Part shown: in pieces, positions 18,205 to 28,496 of the stretch
Position numbering within the stretch: the stretch's first letter is position 1
Layout: the number at the start of each line of letters is the position of its first letter
Origin: Bacteroidetes bacterium UBA7662
GTDB taxonomy: Bacteria; Bacteroidota; Bacteroidia; UBA7662
Assembly (NCBI GenBank): GCA_002483345.1
Contig: DLHS01000003.1
Location: forward strand, 8,959-72,958
Length of the DNA: 64,000 nt
Direction of reading: 5' to 3'
Made by a program: the position numbers and the translations under genes
Notes under the pieces: generated by a model
Database searches by the model: none
Told to the model about the DNA's origin: nothing
What the model saw: the letters and a program-made list of their open reading frames with translations, nothing else

Positions 18205-19251
18205 TTAAAAATCAGACAAATTGGTGGTAACCGAAAAGTTATTACTCATACCAGCCAGACTGATAGCACCTCTGCCGTAGTCGAAGCGGAATTTTTTAAC
18301 CTGTATACCAAATCCGAAGCTGAAACCACTGCTACCATTACGGTCAGGGACTACAAGCTCTTTGCGGCGCTGGTGGTTATAGCCGATACGCGCATGGAAG
18401 TTTTTAGAAAACAAAAACTCACCGTTGATGATTACATGTCTGAAAATTTCATCCGCAACGGTTGTTTCCGGTGCGGGGGCAGCCTCTCCATTGCTAAGCA
18501 ATAATTGTCGTCGGTAGTAGGTGTCGTTCGGGTCATTATAAGCAGCTCCCCAGCGATGCAGGTCGTGAAAAATGATACTCCAGCGAAGAGGCAGGTGACG
18601 CAGGCGGTTAGAAACACCCAATTGCACATCTACAGGCAATGCCTCCCTGTTGCCGGTCACATAAGGATCAAGCTGCATTCCAAAATTGCGGATAAGCATG
18701 GTGAAGGTCAGATTCCGGGTAGTATCGATATACATACCGGATACATCTACAGCGATTCCGTGTGAATAATAGGATTCCAGATAAGATCCAATCAACTTGA
18801 TATTGGCCCCTACGCGCATCAAAGGATTAAACTGATAACCCCAACCCAGCTGCAATGCCAGTTCTCCTGCCCTGAACTCCCCCATCTCCACACCTCCGGC
18901 ATCCCGGCGTGTAAAACTCCCGTAATTGATAAACTGAATGCCTCCTCCAAAAGAACCATATTGTTCACTTCCCTTGTGGGCATAGGACACCATTCCATGG
19001 CTCACATCGGCTATATAATTCACATAACTTAATCCGATGCGGTTGTGCATGTCGGAGCTGTAAAGGGCCGGATTAAAAAAAGCCAGGTTCACATCTGACT
19101 CATAAGTGGCTATCGTACTTCCACCCAATGCTGTAGTCCGGGCAGCAGGTGTAAGCCTCAGGAAATTATAAGTGGTTTGTCCGCCCATCTGGGCAGAAGA
19201 AGTAACGGCAAGCAGGGAAAAAAAACAAAAGTACAGCATCGACTGGCGCAT
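18205..19251 (-). CDS. Outer-membrane beta-barrel protein (possibly T9SS PorQ/PorP-like)
   Basis: Signal peptide MLYFCFFSLLAVTSSAQ, alternating beta-strand pattern, C-terminal ...NLSDF ending in Phe (OMP signature). The T9SS family link is a guess. Confidence 0.5.
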   Translation of the reverse strand: MRQSMLYFCFFSLLAVTSSAQMGGQTTYNFLRLTPAARTTALGGSTIATYESDVNLAFFNPALYSSDMHNRIGLSYVNYIADVSHGMVSYAHKGSEQYGSFGGGIQFINYGSFTRRDAGGVEMGEFRAGELALQLGWGYQFNPLMRVGANIKLIGSYLESYYSHGIAVDVSGMYIDTTRNLTFTMLIRNFGMQLDPYVTGNREALPVDVQLGVSNRLRHLPLRWSIIFHDLHRWGAAYNDPNDTYYRRQLLLSNGEAAPAPETTVADEIFRHVIINGEFLFSKNFHARIGYNHQRRKELVVPDRNGSSGFSFGFGIQVKKFRFDYGRGAISLAGMSNNFSVTTNLSDF

Positions 19252-19304
19252 CAGGATGCTTAACGGATGAACGGTCACTGACAAGGTGGTACGCATGAAA
19301 AAAA

Positions 19305-19775
19305 TCAAAACTCGGTTCCTTTGATGATAATTTCAGGTGTTTCAACCACATTGCTGGCACGTAAGGCTCTGTCTTTGATCTGTATGCTGTAGCGTACCGT
19401 ATCAGTTGCCAGGCCTGGACGTCGCAGCGTATTCTGAATGACCAGCCGGATTTCACCTGAAATTTGTTTGCTGTTTCCGGGAGGTGTTACCACCGGCATT
19501 CTGAACGGATACAGAATATCCCCGAAATCGGGCAATCCTTTCCTTTTATCGTATACAGTCACATCACTGGTCGTATCCGCTTCGGGCAGGCCCAGATCAC
19601 CATCACCATCCGTAAAACCTACTATGATGACGATAGAATCAACCAATTCCGTGACCACCAGCGGTTCTGCCGAAATAAAAGTGATGGCCGGCACCTCATC
19701 GAACAAACGAATGGGTTGACAGGCATGCAGCAAAACAGCTGCAAACAGTACATATCCGGCCTTAAGCAATTTCAT
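19305..19775 (-). CDS. Hypothetical lipoprotein (co-oriented, 4-nt overlap with the downstream OMP gene)
   Basis: MKLLKAGYVLFAAVLLHAC lipobox. No recognisable domain. Confidence 0.5.
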   Translation of the reverse strand: MKLLKAGYVLFAAVLLHACQPIRLFDEVPAITFISAEPLVVTELVDSIVIIVGFTDGDGDLGLPEADTTSDVTVYDKRKGLPDFGDILYPFRMPVVTPPGNSKQISGEIRLVIQNTLRRPGLATDTVRYSIQIKDRALRASNVVETPEIIIKGTEF

Positions 19776-19855
19776 CTTCTCAAAAATAACCAAATCACAA
19801 CGACTCCGGACGTCAAAAGTTATACAAGCACGGTGCTGCATACTAAATTTGAACC

Positions 19856-20851
19856 GTGAATGACCTGAAATTATCCCTGCGCGCAGCTATCAACGGTGAA
19901 AACTTCGATTTTGAAGCCCTTGCATTGGAGTTATTTCAGTTTCAGGCAAAAAACAATCCGGTATACAAAACCTGGCTTTCGGCCATCGCCTGCCAACCAT
20001 CCAGGGTAAAAAAAACCGCTGATATCCGGTATCTACCCATCGAATTGTTTAAAAGTCAGGAGGTGCGGTCGGTTGATGGCCCCGCTGCACAACTGTTTAC
20101 CAGCAGCGGAACCACGGGACAACTCAACAGCCACCACTTTTTATCCGACACCAGTTGGTATGAATCCTCCTTTCTGCGTTGTTTTGAGCTGTTTTACGGC
20201 CATCCTGACCAATATGTAATACTGGCTTTGCTCCCTGGTTATCTGGAACGACCGGGTTCATCGCTTGTTTATATGGTCGACCGGCTTATAAAAAGTAGCG
20301 GAGATCTGCATTCCGGTTTTTTCCTGCAGGCAGACAGTAAGCTGAAGGCTGGTGTAGCACATGCCCGTAAAAGTGGAAAAAAGGTTTTCCTATGGGGGGT
20401 AACCTTTGCCCTGCTCGAATTGGCAGCGCAGAAAGGGCTTGCTTTACAGCCCGATGACGTGGTAATGGAAACTGGCGGAATGAAAGGCCGTGGCAGAGAG
20501 CTCATCCGGGAGGAATTACACCAGCAACTGCGTGAAGCCTTTGGAGTAACAGACATACATTCAGAGTATGGCATGACCGAATTACTATCGCAGGCTTATG
20601 CTCCCAGCGGTGGCCGTTTTTATCTGCCGCCGCATATGCAATTGTGTATTCGGGATGCCAACGACCCTTTCCAATTTGTAACACACGAAAAAACAGGCGG
20701 AATCAATGTAATTGATCTGGCTAATTACGAAAGTTGTGCTTTTATCCAGACCCAGGATTTAGGCAGAACTTTCCCGGATGGCGGGTTTGAGGTGCTGGGC
20801 CGTTTTGATCACAGCGAACTAAGGGGTTGCAATCTGCTTACAGCCCGGTAA
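19856..20851 (+). CDS. LuxE-like acyl-protein synthetase / acyl transferase family protein
   Basis: Overall similarity to the LuxE/PaaK-like adenylating fold (TSSGTTG, ETGGMKGRGRE, EYGMTEL). Confidence 0.55.
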   Translation: MNDLKLSLRAAINGENFDFEALALELFQFQAKNNPVYKTWLSAIACQPSRVKKTADIRYLPIELFKSQEVRSVDGPAAQLFTSSGTTGQLNSHHFLSDTSWYESSFLRCFELFYGHPDQYVILALLPGYLERPGSSLVYMVDRLIKSSGDLHSGFFLQADSKLKAGVAHARKSGKKVFLWGVTFALLELAAQKGLALQPDDVVMETGGMKGRGRELIREELHQQLREAFGVTDIHSEYGMTELLSQAYAPSGGRFYLPPHMQLCIRDANDPFQFVTHEKTGGINVIDLANYESCAFIQTQDLGRTFPDGGFEVLGRFDHSELRGCNLLTAR

Positions 20852-20924
20852 TTCCGCATAAAATATGCACATCTTTTGGTAGGTAATGCGCCACTTGGTA
20901 GATTAGCCGCTCAATTCATTTTTT

Positions 20925-22265
20925 ATGAAACGTTTATCACTTTTGGCAGCCATCGTGCTGCTCGCCGGTGTAATCTCCTGCTCTGATAAAAACAAAACTG
21001 TGAAAATCGACCCTCCTGTTGCGGCCAAAGCGGTTATCTACGAAGTATATGTCCGTAATTTCACAGCTGAGGGAACTTTTAAAGCCATGATACCCCGACT
21101 GGCTGAACTGAAATCGATGGGTGTTAACACCCTTTGGTTTATGCCCATCCACCCGGTAGGTATCGAAAATCGCAAGGGTACCTTTGGTTCCCCCTATGCC
21201 ATCAAGGATTACTACGATGTAAATCCTGAATTCGGAACGAAAGAAGACTTTAAGGCATTGGTAGATTCCGCCCATGCACACGGACTGCACATCATCATCG
21301 ATTTTGTAGCCAATCATACCGCGTGGGATCACCCGTGGACCGTTCAGCATCCCGACTGGTTCACCAAAGACAGCCTTGGTAACTTACAGCCGCCCGTAGC
21401 CGACTGGACCGATGTGGCCGACCTCAACTACGAAAATGATTCGCTGAAGGAAGAAATGATTAAGGTGCTGGAATATTGGGTACGTGATTTTGATATAGAT
21501 GGCTATCGTTGCGATGTAGCAGAAATGGTACCTGTAGACTGGTGGAACAGTGCTATTTCAAGAGTACGCAAACAAAAACCGGTGCTGATGCTGGCGGAAG
21601 GTGCTGATGCTGCTTTGTATGCGGCCGGCTTTGATCTGACCTATTCCTGGGATTTATACCACAACCTGAAAAAAGTATTCAAAGGCGACAGTGCAACCCT
21701 TATCCCTACCATTCTGGCGGAGGAAAGTGCCCGTTTACCTCAGGGTGCGCAGAGAATGCGGTTTATCACCAACCACGATGAAACCTCCTGGGACGATGTC
21801 CCTGTAAACCTTTTTAACAACCGCGATGGTTCAATGGCTGCCTTCTTTTTCAGCGCCATGATGCCCGGCATTCCTTTGCTGTACAATGGACAGGAAGTAG
21901 CACATCCCACCAAAATGAATCTTTTCGAAAAAAGCGATATCCTTTGGGCTTCGAATCCTGACGTGAAGTCTTTTTACACCAAAGTGCTGGCACTCAAAAA
22001 CAACGAGCCAGCCTTGCTGGAAGGGGTTTTGCGTTTTGATTCCCTCCAGTCGAAAGACGCGCTTATTTTCAGCCGCGGGGAAGGAATTGCTGCCTTGCAT
22101 GGTATCGTGAATTTCCGAGACACGCTCACCACCCTTCAGATTCCGGTAGCCCTGCAGGGAAAAAGATTTACAGATTTGTATACCGGTAAATCCATACTTC
22201 TTGAAAAAGAACTGCTGTTGCTCGACTATGGTTTTTACCTCCTGAAAGAGGAACCAGCCAGCTGA
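20925..22265 (+). CDS. GH13 alpha-amylase-family lipoprotein
   Basis: Lipoprotein signal MKRLSLLAAIVLLAGVISC. GH13 regions DFVANHTA, GYRCDVAEMV, LAEG, FITNHD. Confidence 0.85.
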   Translation: MKRLSLLAAIVLLAGVISCSDKNKTVKIDPPVAAKAVIYEVYVRNFTAEGTFKAMIPRLAELKSMGVNTLWFMPIHPVGIENRKGTFGSPYAIKDYYDVNPEFGTKEDFKALVDSAHAHGLHIIIDFVANHTAWDHPWTVQHPDWFTKDSLGNLQPPVADWTDVADLNYENDSLKEEMIKVLEYWVRDFDIDGYRCDVAEMVPVDWWNSAISRVRKQKPVLMLAEGADAALYAAGFDLTYSWDLYHNLKKVFKGDSATLIPTILAEESARLPQGAQRMRFITNHDETSWDDVPVNLFNNRDGSMAAFFFSAMMPGIPLLYNGQEVAHPTKMNLFEKSDILWASNPDVKSFYTKVLALKNNEPALLEGVLRFDSLQSKDALIFSRGEGIAALHGIVNFRDTLTTLQIPVALQGKRFTDLYTGKSILLEKELLLLDYGFYLLKEEPAS

Positions 22266-22287
22266 TATTTGTAATTGTATACAGGCA

Positions 22288-24756
22288 ATGACCATGTGTC
22301 GTTGCCTGTTTTTATTTATAATACTATTTATTCCCATGACGCAAGCCCGTCAGGATTACCGCAACACGCCTTTAAGCGCTGTAACCCGTTTCGAACAAAA
22401 CGGTCAGTTACTCCAATTTGAAACGGCAGAAGCCAGGGTTGTTGTCCAGTTGTACAGCGCGAGTCTGGTGCGTATCCGGGCCCTGGCACTGCACAGATCA
22501 TTTGAAGATCATTCCTATGCGGTGATTTCCCGGCCGGAAACTGTTTCATTTCGTTTGACAGAAAACGAAACAGGCTGGTCTTTGCATACCGATAAAATGC
22601 AGTTGCGTATTCAACGGGCAGCTTTGCGATTCGATCTGTACGACGCAGGGGGTCATTTGTTGCTGGGTGATGATGCTGCTTTCGGCATTTCTTTTCTGGG
22701 AAATGAGATAAGCTGTTATAAAAGCCTGCGGGACGATGAAAAATTCATCGGATTGGGCGAAAAAACAGGTTTCCTGAACCGTCGGGGCAAATGGTATCAG
22801 CACTGGAATACCGATGCTTTTGCTTATGGAGAAGAAGAAGACCCTTTGTATCTGAGTACCCCTTTTTACATGGGCATCACTGCACAAAGGGTCTATGGCG
22901 TATTTCTCGACAACAGTTATCGTTCTGTGTTTAATTTCGGGGCTTCCAACCATCGTTTTTCCTATTTCCAGGTACCCGACGGGGAACTGGATTATTATAT
23001 GTTCTGCAGCGGATCTGTGGCGGAAACCATTTCTGAATACAGCTGGCTCACCGGTCGTATGCCCATGCCTCCGAAATGGAGTCTGGGATATCAGCAATGC
23101 CGTTACAGCTACTATCCTGATAAGGAGGTTCTGAATATCGCCCGTACCTTCCGGGAAAAACACATTCCCTGTGATGTCATCTACCTCGACATCCATTTTA
23201 TGGATCAGTACAAACTGTTTACCTGGAACAACAGGGAATTCCCGGACCCCGCTGCCTTCATCAGACAGTTGCGCGAGATGGGTTTTCAGGTTGTTGTCAT
23301 TGTGGATCCGGGTGTAAAGGATGAGGAAGGCTATCGCATCTTTGAAGAATTACGCGATCAGCAGCTTTTTGTGGCCTATCCGGATGGCACACCTTACAAA
23401 GGAGATGTATGGCCAGGCACCTGTCTTTTCCCTGATTTCACGCGGGAGGCTACCCGGAACTGGTGGGGTAAACAGTTTGAAGAAAACATAGGCCTTGGCA
23501 TAGAAGGTTACTGGAACGACATGAACGAGCCGGTCACCTGGGGCAAAAAACTGCCGGATCTGCTCGAATTTGATTTCGATGGTTTTGGAGCAAGCCACCG
23601 CAAGGCCCACAATGTTTACGGCATGCAAATGGCGCGCAGCACTTTTGAAGGTGTGAAAGCACGCCTCAATGGCCGACGGCCATTTGTCCTTACCAGGGCA
23701 GGTTTCAGCGGTATACAGCGGTACGCGGCAGTGTGGACCGGCGATAATTCTGCCGGCGACGATCATATGCTCATGGGTGTCCGACTCTTATCCAGTATGG
23801 GACTTACCGGTATACCCTTTACCGGTATGGATGTGGGTGGTTTTGTAGGCGAATCCTCACCCCGGCTTTTTACCAGATGGATGCAGATAGGGGCCTTCTC
23901 CCCTATGTTCCGAGGTCATACCATGATCAACAGCCGTGATTCCGAACCCTGGTCTTATGGTGAAGAAGCCGAAGAAATCTCCCGCAACTTCATTCGGCTG
24001 CGTTACCGGTTAATGCCCTACATCTACAGCGTCATTGCCGAAGCGGTCAGAAATGGCCAGCCTTTGGTCAGAAGCCTTGCTATCGATTATACCCACGATG
24101 AGAATATTTACAACCGTGACTGGTCTAATCAGTATATGTTTGGACCATCGCTGCTGGTAGCAGCTGTAAACTCCTGGCAACCAATACAAAAAGTGTATTT
24201 ACCTGAAGGAGAATGGTACTCATTATACAACGATGCCCTCCATGCGGGCAAACAGGTTTTACTCACTGAAACCCCGGCAGAGATACTGCCGGTATTTGTA
24301 AAAGCCGGAACGGTTATCCCTGTTTTAGAGAAATCACCCGAAAACCTGCAACAGGCCGCTGCTGATACCCTCTGCCTGCATCTGTATGCCGGCAGCAGTG
24401 TCGAATCATTTGTGCTGTACGAAGACAGTGGCCATGACCATGCTTTTGAGGATGGGTTTTTCACACAACGGGAACTTATCCATACCGGGCACGAAAAACG
24501 ACTGACTTTGGAGGAAGTAACCGGTAAAGGAGCACACCCCTGGACAAAAATCAGGGTGTATTTCCATGGCCTTCAGCCTGATGGTGTTAAAATGAATGGT
24601 GTTACCCTGCCGGTTTCAAACAATGCTCACAGATTCATTGAGCCTATTTCCAACTTTGATCCGTTTTTTGTTGTTACGGATTTCCCTCACGAACACAAAA
24701 ATCTGGCATCGGTAGAATTTGACTGGAAAAATGAAAAAATTGAATTAAGCTATTAA
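22288..24756 (+). CDS. GH31 alpha-glucosidase
   Basis: GH31 catalytic region GYWNDMNEP, RPFVLTRAGFSGIQRYAAVWTGDN, 822 aa with signal peptide. Confidence 0.9.
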   Translation: MTMCRCLFLFIILFIPMTQARQDYRNTPLSAVTRFEQNGQLLQFETAEARVVVQLYSASLVRIRALALHRSFEDHSYAVISRPETVSFRLTENETGWSLHTDKMQLRIQRAALRFDLYDAGGHLLLGDDAAFGISFLGNEISCYKSLRDDEKFIGLGEKTGFLNRRGKWYQHWNTDAFAYGEEEDPLYLSTPFYMGITAQRVYGVFLDNSYRSVFNFGASNHRFSYFQVPDGELDYYMFCSGSVAETISEYSWLTGRMPMPPKWSLGYQQCRYSYYPDKEVLNIARTFREKHIPCDVIYLDIHFMDQYKLFTWNNREFPDPAAFIRQLREMGFQVVVIVDPGVKDEEGYRIFEELRDQQLFVAYPDGTPYKGDVWPGTCLFPDFTREATRNWWGKQFEENIGLGIEGYWNDMNEPVTWGKKLPDLLEFDFDGFGASHRKAHNVYGMQMARSTFEGVKARLNGRRPFVLTRAGFSGIQRYAAVWTGDNSAGDDHMLMGVRLLSSMGLTGIPFTGMDVGGFVGESSPRLFTRWMQIGAFSPMFRGHTMINSRDSEPWSYGEEAEEISRNFIRLRYRLMPYIYSVIAEAVRNGQPLVRSLAIDYTHDENIYNRDWSNQYMFGPSLLVAAVNSWQPIQKVYLPEGEWYSLYNDALHAGKQVLLTETPAEILPVFVKAGTVIPVLEKSPENLQQAAADTLCLHLYAGSSVESFVLYEDSGHDHAFEDGFFTQRELIHTGHEKRLTLEEVTGKGAHPWTKIRVYFHGLQPDGVKMNGVTLPVSNNAHRFIEPISNFDPFFVVTDFPHEHKNLASVEFDWKNEKIELSY

Positions 24757-24759
24757 AAA

Positions 24760-26655
24760 TCAACGCATGTTTTCATCGAGGAATTTCTCGATGGCATGGT
24801 AGAGCTCTATCCTGTTTTCCTGATTACGAAAGCCGTGGCCTTCCTTTTCTTTGACGATGTAGTCGACTGCTATACCTCGTGCCGCCAATGCTTCCACAAT
24901 CTGGTCTGACTCCGCCTTTTTAACCCGGGGATCCTGAGCACCCTGCACTACCATCAGGGGCACTTTAATTTTATCCGCATGGTATACAGGAGATACTTTC
25001 ACATAATAAAGACTATCCTTTACAGGATGCCCTATCATTTCATAATACATTTCCCGCTCCTGCTCCCAATAAGGTGGTATGGTCTGCATGAGGGTAAACA
25101 GGTTAGAGACCCCGACATAATCAATACCGCAACGGTATAAATCCGGTGTAAAGGCAAGACCTGCCAGGGTTGCATAACCACCGTAACTGGCGCCATAAAT
25201 GGCAATACGTTTAGGGTCTGCAATACCTTCCGCAATAAGATATTCTACGCCATCGGTAATGTCATCCTGCATCCTGAGACCCCATTGTTTGAAGCCCGCC
25301 TCCCAGAAAGCCCTTCCATAACCAGTAGAGCCCCTGAAATTCATCTGGAGCACCGCATAACCTCTGTTGGCCAAAAACTGCACATGACTGTCAAACCGCC
25401 AGTAGTCACGGGCCCACGGACCGCCATGAGGCATGACCACAACTGGCAGATTCCGGCCTTCGAGTCCGAGGGGAATCGTCAGATACCCATGAATGGTGAG
25501 CCCGTCACGTGTGGTGTATGTAATGGGTTTAACAGGCGACATCTGCTCTTTATCAAGCCAGGGGCTGACTTCTGAGAGTTTGACCACCTTACCGGCTGCG
25601 CAGTTATAATAATAAAAAGCCCCCAGGGTACGGTCAGAAAAGGTTCTTACGATAAATTTCTCTTCTGTATCATCGATGGAGGCAAAGGTGAGTTCATCCC
25701 CATCCGGCATTTGTGCTTTGATATCCTCATAAAGCCCCTTCGCAATTTCATCCAGAAATACCAATCTGCCTTTCCAGTCCACATAATGAACAACCGTAGG
25801 CTTCTTACGCTTTCGTGAATAGCCAATCCAGTTTACATCGTTGTTGGGGGCTTCGTACAGTATGGTATCTTCCCTGTTTTGCTTCAGGTCATAGCGGATA
25901 GCAGCCATGCGGTCTCTTCCCAGATTGGAAATGGCATATACTTTTCCGGGTGATTCAAAATCAAAAAACAGAGGCCTGAAGGAGTTCTTATAATCCGTTT
26001 CCAGCACCTTTTCGAAAGGCTGACCTTCTTTATCCCGGTATAAAAAGGTATTGGTAACCCCTTGTGTAGTGGTTACCAATCGGATTACCCCGTCATGGTC
26101 GGTCAGATAAGCGGAGTAGTTACCTGGATTTTTAAGTGAAAGTGTGAGTTTGCCCGTTTTGAGGTTTATTTTATATACATCAAACACCCTTGGATCTCGC
26201 TGATTCAACTCAATGAGCATTTCGTCCGCTGAATTTTCCAGTTTATCCAGCACCCCGGTCCTTACTCCCGGCAAACGGGTCAGTTCTTTGTAATTGCTTC
26301 CGTCAAAACAAACGGTACTCAGAAAGTAGTTTTCATCGCCATCCTCATCCCGTAAAAAAAACAGCTGACGACTGGAGGCCCATCCGAATTTCACGATATC
26401 ACGTTCAGAAACATGGGTAATCCGCCAGATGCTGTCTGTACCGGCCAGCTGAATATGGATATTAAGCCGGTCTTTGTACGGCGCTAAAAATGCCAGATAA
26501 TGGCCATCCGGAGATAGCTGGTATTGGCTGCGTTCCGGGTTGCGAAAAAGTGTTTCAACTTCTATCCGCTCAACTTTCTGTTTTTGAGGGCTTTCGCAGG
26601 CCACTAACAGCCATAACAAACCATAAATGAGAAGATTTCGCTTCGACATAAACAT
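24760..26655 (-). CDS. S9-family serine peptidase (prolyl oligopeptidase / dipeptidyl-peptidase type)
   Basis: N-terminal beta-propeller region plus C-terminal alpha/beta hydrolase with GASYGGY nucleophile elbow and the QGAQDPRV / EGHGF triad regions. Confidence 0.85.
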   Translation of the reverse strand: MFMSKRNLLIYGLLWLLVACESPQKQKVERIEVETLFRNPERSQYQLSPDGHYLAFLAPYKDRLNIHIQLAGTDSIWRITHVSERDIVKFGWASSRQLFFLRDEDGDENYFLSTVCFDGSNYKELTRLPGVRTGVLDKLENSADEMLIELNQRDPRVFDVYKINLKTGKLTLSLKNPGNYSAYLTDHDGVIRLVTTTQGVTNTFLYRDKEGQPFEKVLETDYKNSFRPLFFDFESPGKVYAISNLGRDRMAAIRYDLKQNREDTILYEAPNNDVNWIGYSRKRKKPTVVHYVDWKGRLVFLDEIAKGLYEDIKAQMPDGDELTFASIDDTEEKFIVRTFSDRTLGAFYYYNCAAGKVVKLSEVSPWLDKEQMSPVKPITYTTRDGLTIHGYLTIPLGLEGRNLPVVVMPHGGPWARDYWRFDSHVQFLANRGYAVLQMNFRGSTGYGRAFWEAGFKQWGLRMQDDITDGVEYLIAEGIADPKRIAIYGASYGGYATLAGLAFTPDLYRCGIDYVGVSNLFTLMQTIPPYWEQEREMYYEMIGHPVKDSLYYVKVSPVYHADKIKVPLMVVQGAQDPRVKKAESDQIVEALAARGIAVDYIVKEKEGHGFRNQENRIELYHAIEKFLDENMR

Positions 26656-26777
26656 CTAACCTCAAAACAACGGAATCCGTTTTTAAAAGCAGGTATAAAA
26701 AATGCTAAATCCTCCTTTCAGATTAATTCTTTGTGAAGTCGTCAAGGCTTTCTAATTTGCCGCCTCAGCCAACGAAC

Positions 26778-28106
26778 ATGAAGAAAAAACCTAAATTATC
26801 CTTTTGGCAAATCTGGAATATGAGTTTTGGATTTCTGGGGATACAGTTCGGATTTGCCTTGCAAAATGGCAATGCTTCCAGAATACTGCAAACCTTTGGT
26901 GCCGATGTAGAACATCTCAGCTGGTTTTGGCTGGCTGCACCGCTTACGGGTATGATTGTGCAACCCATTATCGGCTATTACAGCGATAAAACCTGGACAG
27001 CCCTGGGGCGTCGAAGGCCCTTTTTCCTGGCAGGAGCCATACTAGCCTCTGTGGCACTCATTTTCATGCCGAATGCATCAGCCCTGATCGCTATTCTGCC
27101 CCCGTTGTACATTGGTGCCGGCATATTGATGATTATGGACACTTCGTTCAACATTGCCATGGAACCTTTTCGTGCCCTGGTAGCCGATTTGCTGCCCTCA
27201 GAACAACGAACGCTGGGCTTCTCGATACAGACCTTTCTGATAGGTATTGGCGCCGTGATCGGCTCCTGGATGCCCTATGCTTTCGCGGAGTGGTTTGGAA
27301 TTGCCAAAACCGCAGCACCCGGACAGGTCCCCGACAACGTAACCTACTCATTTTACATCGGAGCCATTGTATTCCTCATAACAATTCTCTGGACAGTAAT
27401 GTCGACCAAAGAATTTCCGCCGGAGGAATACAAGAAAGAAGCAGAAAAAGAGCAGCTCAGTGGTATGAGGCAGATTGCAAGAGATTTTGCCCGTATGCCC
27501 AAAACCATGAAGCAATTGGGATTGGTGCAGTTTTTCTCCTGGTTTGCCCTGTTCAGCATGTGGGTATTTACTACCCCGGCAGTTGCCACACATGTTTATG
27601 GCCTCGATATCAACGATACCAGCTCCGAAACCTATCAGAATGCAGGTAACTGGGTGGGTATCATTTTTGGCGTTTACAATGGTGTTTCTGCCATTTATGC
27701 CCTGCTGTTGCCAGCCATCGCCCTGAAATTCGGGCGTAAACGTACCCATGCCCTGTCGCTGGTGGCAGGTGGTATCGGACTCATATCTATCTATTTCATC
27801 AAAGAACCCAATATGCTTTTACTTCCGATGATAGGGATAGGCATCGCATGGGCTTCTATTCTCGCCATGCCGTATGCTATACTGGCGGGTGCCATCCCTA
27901 TTCATAAAATGGGGATTTACATGGGTGTATTTAATTTCTTTATTACACTGCCGCAGATTATCAATGGTGTGATTGGTGGCCCTATCGTGAAATACCTCTA
28001 CAACAATCAGGCGATTTACGCCCTGATCATGGCAGGCCTGTTCATGCTGATAGCAGCCGTATCGGTAATTTTTGTTGAAGACAAAGACGATCATATAAAG
28101 GCCTGA
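26778..28106 (+). CDS. MFS sugar transporter (SLC45 / GPH-type; probable malto-oligosaccharide uptake)
   Basis: 12-TM MFS pattern with GRRRPF after TM2. Sits beside GH13 and GH31. Start at the MKKKPKLSFW ATG (26778). Confidence 0.8.
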   Translation: MKKKPKLSFWQIWNMSFGFLGIQFGFALQNGNASRILQTFGADVEHLSWFWLAAPLTGMIVQPIIGYYSDKTWTALGRRRPFFLAGAILASVALIFMPNASALIAILPPLYIGAGILMIMDTSFNIAMEPFRALVADLLPSEQRTLGFSIQTFLIGIGAVIGSWMPYAFAEWFGIAKTAAPGQVPDNVTYSFYIGAIVFLITILWTVMSTKEFPPEEYKKEAEKEQLSGMRQIARDFARMPKTMKQLGLVQFFSWFALFSMWVFTTPAVATHVYGLDINDTSSETYQNAGNWVGIIFGVYNGVSAIYALLLPAIALKFGRKRTHALSLVAGGIGLISIYFIKEPNMLLLPMIGIGIAWASILAMPYAILAGAIPIHKMGIYMGVFNFFITLPQIINGVIGGPIVKYLYNNQAIYALIMAGLFMLIAAVSVIFVEDKDDHIKA

Positions 28107-28377
28107 TTTTTTCTCCGGCTTCGGGAGACGGGATACGAGAGGTGCCGGAATTCTGGCTTTGAACATGGCTGCCTTTCCGTTCTCCTCCCGCGCCCGAATC
28201 ATCGTTCAAAATGTCGATCTTCCGTTTAGCTGTAAAACCGTAGCGCTGTTCACGAGGAACACAACTATGGCACACTCGCGTACTGCCTATACCAAAACTG
28301 CCAACCAACATCGGGCACGGTCGTCTGTTTTCGGCCATGAAATCAGTAAAAAGTGTCAACTTTTTTCAGGCACGGTC

Positions 28378-28442
28378 ATCGTATCTCGTCTCTCGTCTCT
28401 CGCCTCTCGTATCTCATATCTCATATCTCGCCTCTCGATGTC
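28378..28442. repeat. TCTCG(T/C)(A/C)TCTC tract ending CCTCTCGATGTC (solo MITE-end motif)
   Basis: ATCGTATCTCGTCTCTCGTCTCTCGCCTCTCGTATCTCATATCTCATATCTCGCCTCTCGATGTC. Confidence 0.8.
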
Positions 28443-28469
28443 AAAAAAAAAGCCGTCCTTCCGGACGGC
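28443..28469 (-). terminator. Rho-independent terminator of the 28497-30011 gene
   Basis: On the minus strand, GCCGTCC-GGAA-GGACGGC is followed by TTTTTTTTT. Confidence 0.7.
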
Positions 28470-28496
28470 CCATACATCTATTCTGTAAAATGAATA

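Noticed and set aside
28159-28488. 109-aa plus-strand ORF in the long MFS/T9SS spacer
   Set aside because: No recognisable motif. It ends inside the TCTCG repeat tract (translated SRLSSLASRISYLISRLS). It is kept only as a possible ncRNA region in findings.
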